A stretch of 64,000 nt of DNA from the NCBI RefSeq assembly GCF_964204865.1, contig NC_135255.1, positions 7,316,001 to 7,380,000 of the forward strand, read 5' to 3'. Positions 1 through 10,954 of this stretch are shown in pieces. This stretch comes from Styela clava. Taxonomy: Eukaryota. A program made the translations under genes and the position numbers. The stretch's first letter is position 1; each line of letters begins with the position of its first letter. The notes under the pieces are model-generated. The model was not told the DNA's origin, did no database searches, and saw nothing but the letters and a program-made list of their open reading frames with translations.

Positions 1-2833
1 ACCAATTGCTATAAAAAAAGTTTAATGACCAAAGGTTGTTCTTGTCTCTAGAAGGCTATTACTTTTCGTGGGATTCGTTTTTCAATTCGACATATTGTTT
101 TGTCACATCAACAAAATTAAAAATTAAATTAATTGTATTGGTTCAAGAGCGCATGTCAGCGGACCTCGTGAGTTGAGCGAACGTCGGAACTCTGAAACCT
201 TTTTTTTTTTTGGGGTACGGTATATAATATATATACTACTGTGATGGTAAGTTACCGCATCTATTCGCTGTTCCACAGTACCAGGTTCGCTCAAGATATG
301 ATTTTCCGAATTGTTGGTTAAAGTTTTCCCCTTGGTCACCGTTTCCATATATTTGAGCATTGCATTCTTGTGATTGATTGACGTGAAATGAGGGAGAACC
401 AGGTAAATGTCGACTCAAGCCGACAGATGCGATAAGAATCCCCGAAATTGTTTGCACGCGTTTGTTGTCGAGATAACACAACTCACAACAATATAGGTTA
501 GAATCAAGTTGTTGAACGGAATGACCGCGGCTAACTTAAAACAATTTTGAACTAACACTAGCGTCCCAGACCAATATTAGATGTATAGCGCGATATAGCC
601 CTGCGATATATAGCAAGAATAAAAGTTTGGGTAAAGTCATATCAATATTAGGAGGATGCGACAATTGCATATTTGTTACGATCCTCGGCGTGCTAAGCCG
701 AATAAAGGCTACAACAATTGTCTACCATACAAGTCTTGGCTGCAACAAGAATGCTGGTCAATGGTAACAACAAGCGTCAAAGTACATCAACAGAGTGGTA
801 CAGCGCACGGTGTCCAAGAGAACACTTCAGCGGACAGAACGAGGCACCAGGTATCCTATGTAGGGCAATTCTGGCCGTGCTTTTCAGGAAGCACTGATCA
901 GGCCTAATCGGAGTTCCAGGGTCGCCCGGCACCGAGGATATTGGACATAGCTCGTTGCCTTCTGAAAAGCAAAAAGAACCTGGGTGCAGTAGACGAAGCA
1001 GCAGGCAGACACTGGAGGCAATCGATCTAGCATGGATAATAGCCTGAAAATCGTGTTTATATATTTGATATATATATTTGTTTTTTTATTGATCTCTCAT
1101 TGTACAGTTATACTCGACTGGCTGTAAGTTTTAGATCCGTTTACTGTCTTGTACCTACCAAACAAAAAAAAGTCCCTCAAATTTTTTTCCCAAGAACTTT
1201 AGTTACGTAGAATTTACTATATTGTAGCTATTTCTCAGATTTAATGAACGAACTACTTCAAGTTTCTTGTCAATCGGCACTATATTTGCACCCAGGACAT
1301 TCAGGTATACTGTTGCACTCACAGAATTTTGCACACGCTTATAGATTGCACCAGTGGACATTTGTACGCATAGGCATTTGCAACCACGAGTACAGTCCAA
1401 AGAGTGGTGAGGTACGGTTATTTTCAATTTTTATGATATTTGCAAATGGTTATGGCGCTCGACATACTTTTGTACATTTGGTTTTTTTAATCATATGAAA
1501 CTAAACTTAAATTATTCCCAAGCAAGCGATATTAAGAATAATTCGATTGCTAATATCGTTCCATTTCCGCTTACTCACCGAAGTGATTTTTTCAATCATG
1601 GATTGCATGATATCGACGCAACGAAACTCAAGCTTCTGGCAGTTTCGATCTGGCGAAAGGATGTGTGTTGTTTTTAGGTTCACACTGATTTCAATGTAAT
1701 TGTTACATGTCACAAATACGATCAATTTGACAATTAGCAACGCGTCGCTTTGACCAACGGGAAACTTTGAAAACCGGAAGTCTCACGACCCATCTGACGG
1801 GAAGCACTGAACAAAAGATGTACTCAATTCCCATTATCGCAACTGTTTCATCATAAAGTGGCGAATAAGATAAAACATTGGCGAAGAAATCATGCCCACA
1901 CGGAATACGCAGCCATCGCTGCTGCAGTATTTCAGTGCCCGCAAAACAGGCCTTCAATGATGGTGAATAGTCCGGCAAAAGAGGTGATTAAGGTAGTAGG
2001 TAATACAGAGAAAAATTACAGAGAAAAATTACTCCCTCCACAATCACCTCACGATGAGTTATTCTTTTCCAAAGTAGGCATGTGGAAACGTTCACTTCAA
2101 CTGTCGTGCCCTAAGCACTTGGTTCTCGCGTTGGAACAGCTGCCTTCGAACTACACCCATGGATTTCGATCAGAATATCATCTTCCAGATTTATGAACGC
2201 CGCCACGCCGAACTACGATTCCCAAAATATTTCCACGCGTGAAGCGTTCGGATATCGCCCTATTCTCAAACGGGGAGACAAACATGCAAAAATCCGGGTA
2301 TTTATTCCGCTAAATACTGCTTCAGAAACGCATCACGATTGTAGACATGGTTATCTTAACATATAACATTAGTGCATTTAACAGTTTGAGAAAACGTTAT
2401 GATGTATTCATAATTCTCAACGTGATGGTTACATATCATATATTTATAATGCCACCAAGGGGTTAACCAAAAAAATAATGATTCACTCATCATGGTGGAG
2501 TGAAGCAATTTTAAATGAATCGGTAATTGAATAACATAATGCAATATATAGCGATTGACAAATTAGTGTATTTAAACCAAAATATTTCTACAGATTTTAT
2601 CAAGTATCATTGATAGGAGAAGCGTTTGATATTATGGTGGCAAGTGTTACAAAGGAAGATATACACCAATTTAGTTTGCAATATTAAAATGGTTTACTAC
2701 AACGACTAGTGGTAAATGAGATAAAAATGATTGAGAACAAAGTATACAATAAATATTCTACATTTATCGATGGTTTGTGTAATTTTGAGAAAAATTTCAA
2801 CATTTTCGAGAATTGTATTTAAGCTTTTCAACA

Positions 2834-2839
2834 TTTATT
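2834..2839 (-). terminator. Candidate poly(A) signal of 14-3-3
   Basis: AATAAA on the minus strand ~360 nt downstream of the stop codon. Confidence 0.4.
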
Positions 2840-3199
2840 AGTACAGGTTGACAACGTGATTATAGTAATAGAAACAGAAGAGCATAGGGACATATATCCA
2901 GTTTAAAATGCCATCATTCTCAGTAAAGCATCAAATAGTTAAATGATGTGTTTTGGCGAACAATGGGTAAATAACGTCTTCGAGGCGGATTTCCCGCCGT
3001 ACTGGGCCTCTTATAAACATAAAATATTTCTAAACTGAGTGTAAAGTAGCATGGTTTTTGGTCGTTCAAGAATAAGGTATAGAAAAAAAAACTTCACAAA
3101 TATAACATTCAATCCCTACTGAGAGGAAATTTTTTCTGAATGGCCTTTTCGCCCAATGCAGTCTTTCAATATTATTGTTATTGCTTTTTACTGATCGAG

Positions 3200-3250
3200 T
3201 TATCCTTCCATATCACCATCGCCGTCTTCTTGCTCCGAAGCAGACCACAA
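3200..3250 (-). CDS. 14-3-3 coding exon 7 (terminal)
   Basis: ttatag|[16 protein letters not shown], acidic tail. Confidence 0.93.
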   Translation of the reverse strand: MWSASEQEDGDGDMEG

Positions 3251-6200
3251 CTATAAGAAATATTGGATAACAATTAGTTGAAAGTATTATACCCAACATG
3301 CAGAAGTGAACATCTTGGTATTTTCACGATTTGATAATATTAAATTTCACTTTACTTTGAATCGCTGTGATGCTTGCGATGAAGAAGATTTTCACATTTA
3401 TCGAGGCAGAGAGGAAGTCAATAATTTATGGCGATTAATTTATGGCGAAACATGGCCTCTTGGCCGATTACAAGTACATGTCGAGTACAGGAATAGATAG
3501 TCAGTTAATGGGTTTTGAAAGTTCAGCAACCTGCGGTTACATGAACCGCCATACGATTGCAAGGAGTCCAACAATCCTTTCGCACATAATTATCCCCAAC
3601 GGCATTCGAACCTGCCACCCGCTAGGGGAAATCAGAGGCGCGATGGCACACTTAGCTCGATGCTTCTCGATCCTCGCGCTTCTTCGCCTCATTCTGGACA
3701 AATTCTCAGTAGGCACATCATGGTTACAAATTCTATTAACGTAATGATATTTAATACATATGCAAACAACTCACAGAAAGATTGTCACGTAGAAGCTGCA
3801 TGATTAAGGTGCTATCCTTGACCTTCTTATCATCGGTTTCACTATTCTCTATTACTTTCATCGCTTCGTCAAATGCCTGTAGAAATGCGATGATATAAAA
3901 ATTAGTAGGAATGATTTCTTCTCTGGGTTCTAGTCGTGCATTGGCTTATATGCAAACTTGACCTTCTTCAAGCAAAGGACCAAGCAAACATATCATGCAG
4001 ATTTTGGAGAAGATTTGGTTGAACCACTATCCAAACTGATTGTTGAAATTAAAACTACAGACGATTAAACCGACGAGGCCGAGGTCTAATTTCTCTCACA
4101 CCGATAACTATGATATAATAATTGTGCAAAGACAAAAGTCCATGTCTGACAAATCGGTATTTCAGACGCGTAAAGTGACTCAACTATCGAACCGACAGCC
4201 TCCTGGGACATTGTTAATTGTGCAATGAGAGACAATTTTCGACTTTCATCTACATTTGGAGTGAAAATTAAAACAAATAGAAACTGATAAGTTGAAACAG
4301 ATAAATTGTAAAATACCAGAAGAGAATAGAAATTTTCAGAAATTTCAATGGAATTTGTTGAAATCAAGGTCACCCGCACTCAATCAGAATTAAAGCAGAT
4401 ATCTTCTTCACCGAAACGGAATTTTCATATGTTTGCCAACACCTAAGTTTGCAGGGCCGAATTTTGTATATCCAAAATTGGATTCTGAAGTTGTAGTTTG
4501 ACCAAAAAGATCAATTGTTTACCAACCCGAATTAGATTTCGAAAAGCCCATATTTATTTGCAGTGTCTGAAGAGAGTAACATTTTAACAAATTCTTATTA
4601 AGCGATGATTTACGATTTTTTTTTTTAAATAATTTTTGTCATTCCGTGTTCTAAGTATTTGTTCAGTTATCATATTCATCTAATGTAGCATATTTCCTTC
4701 ATGGATCTGATGATCAGCGTATTACTTCAAATTGATCTTCAGCACAAATAGTAGCAACAATGTTTCTAAATCAATGGTGTGTGGTATACTGTTACAACTA
4801 ATCCTTGGCAGAAAGTCTTAAAAATGCTGTCAAAGCACAAATATACTTTTCAGACTTTTATACATCGTTGCGGCGGTAGAGATCGAGAAATGTTTGCCGC
4901 TTGTACTGTTATTTCATAAATATTGTTATTGCGTTACCCTACGTTGGGGGTAGGGTTACTGGCGAACGTGTCAGTTCTCCAAGAATAAAAGCACAAGTCA
5001 AAAATTACGCCAAGGGCTAGTTATTAATTCACCATTCTTCTATTATTAGGTAATTTTTTGTATTAACAAATACAGATTTTGGGCTAAGAATAGTTTTCTG
5101 TATCGCAACGTTTCACCAGGGTTTATCACATGCTTGTACCATACCGGTAGTTGCCAGAACCCTCTTTCACATAAAAAAAATCGCGTTGTTATTGCCATAC
5201 AAGGTACATTTTAACAATTCGTTTATGAATTACAGTTGGATATAAATATTTTCACTTAGGCATCGCGAAATGTCACCAAATGAAAATGTTATTACGATAA
5301 TTCTAACGGGTGAATTAATGACGCGGGTTATCGAGTCACGTTGGATGTTTGCGGGCGAACCATCCCTGTGGTAAGGAGTCCTTTCGCAGAGAACAAGAAT
5401 TCAATAACAGCTAATCTATGAAAATAGTTGAAATAGTTGAATTTTGTTTTGGTAGTTCAAGTTCAATTCTATTTCTACCATCGTAAATATTAAAATTACG
5501 CGCCAATCACAATTAGAATATGTACTCTATCACTATATAAAATGAAGTTGAGACGAAACTATTTACTACGAGACATATTTTGCATCAGTAATATTGGCTT
5601 GATGAACTTGGGTTATTTTTCAATATTCTGAACATCTAGTTGAGTTTGCTTTGAACAATTAATTAAATCCATGGTACGCAAACAACTTAATGTAACAGTA
5701 TCAGTGAATTATGTGGGGAACCGTTCCAAAACAATAAAATGGATTGTCTGAAAATATTAACATTCACATATTTTATCACCAAACATATAAAAATCCAATC
5801 TCACCTCTTTGGCAATTGCTTGGGCGCGTTCGGGATCAGCTTGTATTTCATAGAAAAATACCGAGAAGTTGAGAGCCAGACCGAGCCTGATTGGATGAGC
5901 AGCATGCATTTGTTCTTTGCAAATTTTGTAAGCTTCTTCATATGCACCAAGAGCACTGTCTGAGTTGGCTGAAATGAATAAATAATAACTGTAATAATAA
6001 AAGGCACCTCAAGGGTATACTGTATACAATATTCAAAAAGCAGTCCGTGAATATGCAAACGATGATTGAGTAAAATATCCTCTCCCAAAAGCGACAACGA
6101 TTTGAATAGCTGAAACATCACCGTGTTATTTTAGAAGGTGCCTCTATCGAATACACCCTAGTTCAGTCGCGAACTAAAATCGCATTTATACCGACATGAA

Positions 6201-9200
6201 CAAATCATACCCGGTGTGAGCACTCAATTGGAGCTCGGTTAATGTCGATAAAATAAAATCGATACGAACTGAAATGCGTACACAATAGTAAGATGTAGGT
6301 ATGTATGGATATATGGTCCCAATTTTTGAATTGCCTTCGCAAAGAGAGTTTGATTTAGAACTACATGAAGAGATCCACGAAGAAGCATTTGCATTTTAAA
6401 CAATACACGTTTGTAATTTACGTTTTATTTTTGATCATAAACACATGCATGTGGTGTCGTCGTAACAATATATACCGGTACTTACTTTTTTGTTCGTCTG
6501 TATCCAGCACTTCGGCGACATATCGATAGTAGTCTCCTTTCATTTTTAAATAAAACGTTACGCTCTCGTGATCCTCCTTGTCTTTGATGCTTTTCAAAAG
6601 ATATTGGTCAACAAGTTCCTAAATTGGAGGAAATATGAAAACTAATTTATTAGCATGGGGATTTGAAGATATCTGAGAAACTTGTTTTCAAAGAAATCTA
6701 AACCTAATGAAATTTAGAAAAAACGATTTTCGAAGAAGAATTTAGAAAATTTTCTCAGAAAGTATTTTTCACTGAAACTTCCATTTTCGCAGTAAAAATG
6801 ACGATATTAAGAAACAATATTGCTTTTAATTCTATATAGATACATTGACAGCAACAAATTTGAAATTAATTGCAGGTTCCATTACATTTGAACCCACGAC
6901 AATTGCACCTGCATACTATTGCACCTATGGAATTTTTATTTTATTTTACGGATATTTGAACCCATACTAACCCTAACCCATGGAATCCGCATGTAGATTG
7001 AACCCGCGGATAAACACATGGGTTCGAATGTACGTGGGTTCAAATGTACGGTCACTTTAATTGCAATATCAAAATTCTAAAAACTATTGTAAACGATTAA
7101 ACCATAAACCGACATGAAATCTTAAATACATACCACGACTTCAGCGCATATTCCTTCAATCTCACTGGCAATCTGTTTAATGTATTCTGCGGCTTGGGTA
7201 ATCTTCATTTCATCCGATCCTCTTTCTTCCTCTCGTTGTCTTATACTGGTTAAGACTCTCCACGCTGATCTTCGAGCTCCTACTACATTCTTGTAAGCAA
7301 CGGAAAAGAGATTTCTTTCCTGAAATAAAATACAATTTGATTCAAGTTGGCGTTTTATAAAATGAAAAGACAAATCTAGTAATTTCGAAGTGTTAGTGCA
7401 CCCATATCAAGATTGAAGTGTGATACCGTGTTGCAGAACTCTGTTTGATTTGAGGACTTTGGTTTTTCTGGGACAGAGATATGTTATTGACAAATGTTTA
7501 TTGGTGGTGGTCTAACTTCAATGAAAATGTCCTCATTGAGGGGTTTCCATTGCCCAATTGTCGTAGAAGTATATCAAATCAATATGCGACCACGAACTGA
7601 TGGGATTACAGTAAACGTCGAAATAGGATTTCATATTATTTAATTCATCGAATTAGGATATCCAATATACAAAACAATTGAAGTAAAGCCATTTCACACG
7701 ATAATGGTTCAGACATCTCAATCATGATTTAGGATTGTTTCTAATTTGGAAACTTTTTGTTCAAATTTTTTTATGTGAATAATGACATGAATAATCCATA
7801 TCTACTGCCTATGCATATAAATAATCAATACCTACTGCCTATGTAAACAGAGATGCAGATGAGCTAAAACTTGTTTACGTTCATGGAGAATATAGATTAA
7901 TAAAGACGCGAGAAAGAAATGTTTAAGATTTTATTTTATTTTGCTTACAGATATACACGATACTTCAAAGGTCAGATATATTCATTGCGCATTCGTTAAG
8001 ATGAATTATTCGGTTTCAAGAGAGCTGGATAAAGTACCGGTAACATTTCCAACGACTTGAAACACTCGGTGACAACGTCCTTTCCAGTCATTTAATTTCG
8101 TACTATATTACTTTGTTACACGCAAACAAGGATGGGCCGAAGAAATTGAGCCAGAAAATTTGACTGGAAGCATATCAGACCACGTGTGTGACACACTGCT
8201 TAGATTTCGATACAGCCAGGATGTGACGTCACAGAGATGCTTCCGAAGCGCGCGCAACCATTCAACGCACACACATAAGTTAAACGACATTGCATCGATT
8301 GCAGATGCCACGAATAGTCAAAGGCAGTCGATTTAAATCGATGAATAATAACATTAATTAATATATATACAAAGACAGTTTCCGTTAGATCATATATTTA
8401 GTCTGAAAATAGATGATTTCAACTTGTTCTATGTCATATTACCGCGACGTAACAGAGAATTTAGAAACATAAAACTAAACATATATATAACGTTGTTTGT
8501 GTGTAAAACAAGATGATTGAAATACCACTTTATAGCCGAAAAATGAAGTAATGTATAACAAAACCACGGACAAGACTATACTTTACCAACAATATCTTCT
8601 ATTTCTCTCACCCTAATTATGTCTACACAGACACAATCTAATTAATCTTGGCCTTCATCAGTGTCGTCGCAAATTAGAAGAAAAAAAACAATCTATTTCT
8701 ATATGAAAATTTTTGATGATAATTCCAAAAACAGGTCGTTTCTTTGACAACGTAAGCAAAACAGATTCAAGTCATGCACTGACTCCAACTGAGTGTGGCC
8801 TTGTCTGGGTCAGGTTTATAAAAGAAAGGAAAGGATTGTATTTGATATTTTTAATCTTTGCGACTGAATGAACGCTCAGCTAGCTTGGCCTTAAGTTCCT
8901 ACAATATACATCACCCTAAAATTAATCAAAGAGTAGTTTTTGTTCATACACCCAGTCATAATTTGACTTGACTTTTTTTTATATGTTTTCATATCCTCTG
9001 ATTAGCAATTGTAATCAACCAGATCAGTTCAATCATTGGCTGGTTTCTGGAAAAAGTTCCAAAAATAGAGAGCGATTGATAAAATGTCTCGTTATATTAC
9101 GTTTAGAATGCACATTGGTCAGTAAGTTTAGTGATCAATAAAACATTTGACTTCAATATGAAATAGCATTTGTGTCATATTAGCAATACAATACAAATAC

Positions 9201-10954
9201 CACTCCGTTTTCAGGATCGGTGCCGCTCATATATATACATACTTTCGTCTTCACATTTTGTGTACGCTTTCTCAACCTTGTCAAAAATTCAGTGATAAGG
9301 TATTATTATAGCAAGGCTTGATATTGAGTCTTAAAATGAGTAGTCGAAGGGGTTATTACCTGGATACAGTCTTTACGGTAAAACTATAGAACTGATTTCA
9401 CAAGAAACGATATTCACACATACGGATGTAATCATTCTTGTGTTTCCGCAGTGCTGAATTCTGCTCAGTACTACACAATGAGACACACTCATAATTTCAG
9501 TATGGCTTTGAGTGAGAATAAAATACTGCACCACTACTAATTTCCTCCCACAATACCGATGTTTATTAAATGGTTACCGCAATAAATCGGTCTAGCTACA
9601 TTCTTTTAGGTTTTTTTTGCATTTGCAAATGGACATGCTTCAAATCGGTCGACGGCTGAAATATCGCTGGCCGAGACGGTTAGAATTTTATTACCAGGTA
9701 ATCAATCATTACTGATATTTCTCCCGGGTGCTTGGATGACGGAAAGGAAAATTGACATGGCGAGAAAGGTACTGCACGAAGAGGTATCAAATTAAACGCA
9801 GTATTTACAATAAATACCAAACCCGCATCTAATTGAATAAACAAAAAAAAGCTTGGAAGACTGAAAATACTCGAACCGTAATGCTCCCCCAGCAATAGAA
9901 CAAATACGCGGAAAATTTAGAAAATAGGCCACCAGCTAATGGCATTGCGATAAATGTAAATGATACACTTGCGGTCAGGGGGTTGGGATTTTCAAATTTT
10001 CGAATGTAGTAGCCTATTTGGCAAGGTGAAATACCGAAAGGCATATTTGATAAAACATTGGGTAATAAATACCAGTAGCAGGTGAATATATATAACAGGT
10101 TATTACTGCAACTAACGTTGCCAGTGCGTAGTTCTGATTAGCCCCGAAGCTATGTGTTGACGAAGAACCGAACTAGAATATTATTATAAACAGTTAACCC
10201 ATGTACGTGTTTCAAATGTGAAATACTTATAGAATATTATATGAGAAACAGCTCGAATGCAAAATCAATTTCGTCACTCAGCCATTGCACTCACCTCGGA
10301 AGACAGCGGGTCCCCTAATTTTGCCAGTTCCTTCATTTGTTTCATCATGTCATCGTACCTTTCAGCTTGTTCAGAAAGTCTGGCCATGATGACCAAATCT
10401 TCTTTCGATGATTCTGTAATGAAAATTAAATTTGTGCAATTCAAATTTATTAGCAGTGGGGAACACCCGATGTAGCCTGTCAAACAAAAACGCAAATTTA
10501 GGTTTGCCAACAGCATTGTTGGGGTCTTTCATCTCGATTTTTTATGGAAGAAATATTTTCAAAAATTCACATTCTTGATTATTATAACCTTGTGCTGTGA
10601 TGATTAAAAAACAAGCGTTGAAAGGCTTGTGTATTTAAAAGATGTACATATCACTTTGTGTGGCATAAAGTTTTGTGAAAACTGGCATCGTGTAATATGA
10701 CTCATGTAATAATTATTACTTTGTTACGGCCACGCCCAGTTTTACCAAAAAGCCTTATTGGTCAAACTTCAAACGCCAAAACTATGCAATTAAAATACAT
10801 CATGGGCTCCGCAAAATGCGGTGTCATTTCACCAAAAGGGGAAATAAATTAAATTAATACGAAGACAACAACACATATAAATCGTAGTTGGAATATCCTA
10901 CTCAAGATTATGAAACCCACCACAATGATAAATATACTTACTAGAATCAGCCAT
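3200..10954 (-). CDS. 14-3-3 protein (divergent, non-epsilon type), complete 7-exon CDS, 255 aa
   Basis: join(10942..10954,10295..10413,7134..7319,6486..6618,5805..5968,3775..3876,3200..3250), all GT-AG with consistent phases, 768 nt. Protein [28 protein letters not shown]...[21 protein letters not shown]...[16 protein letters not shown]...[18 protein letters not shown]...[31 protein letters not shown] carries all 14-3-3 signature motifs. Confidence 0.96.
3385..3670 (-). mobile_element. SINE copy (degenerate) in 14-3-3 last intron
   Basis: Shares GGAGTCCAACAATCCTTTCGCACATAATTATCC and TTCGAACCTGC blocks with other copies. Confidence 0.75.
3775..3876 (-). CDS. 14-3-3 coding exon 6
   Basis: [34 protein letters not shown]|GTGAG. 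Confidence 0.96.
5805..5968 (-). CDS. 14-3-3 coding exon 5
   Basis: [13 protein letters not shown]...[18 protein letters not shown]...AKE|GTGAG, 164 nt. Confidence 0.97.
6486..6618 (-). CDS. 14-3-3 coding exon 4
   Basis: ELVDQYLL...[23 protein letters not shown]|GTAAGT. Confidence 0.96.
6875..7055. mobile_element. Short inverted-repeat element in 14-3-3 intron
   Basis: ACATTTGAACCCACG vs CGTGGGTTCAAATGT inverted, TGAACCC subrepeats, TAACCCTAACCC core. Confidence 0.7.
7134..7319 (-). CDS. 14-3-3 coding exon 3
   Basis: ttcag|[21 protein letters not shown]...ICAEVV|GTATGT. Confidence 0.97.
10295..10413 (-). CDS. 14-3-3 coding exon 2
   Basis: ttacag|..[39 protein letters not shown]|GTGAGT. 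Confidence 0.95.
10942..10954 (-). CDS. 14-3-3 coding exon 1 (MADS+1 nt)
   Basis: ATG GCT GAT TCT A|GTAAGT; phase 1 joins exon 2 in frame. Confidence 0.75.

Noticed and set aside
3877-6485. Possible mutually exclusive duplicate of the [12 protein letters not shown] exon as in insect 14-3-3zeta
   Set aside because: No second copy seen in the flanking introns
8222-8233. TGACGTCA CRE palindromes (also ~15056 and ~34902)
   Set aside because: Short motif, common in TE remnants; function cannot be supported from sequence alone
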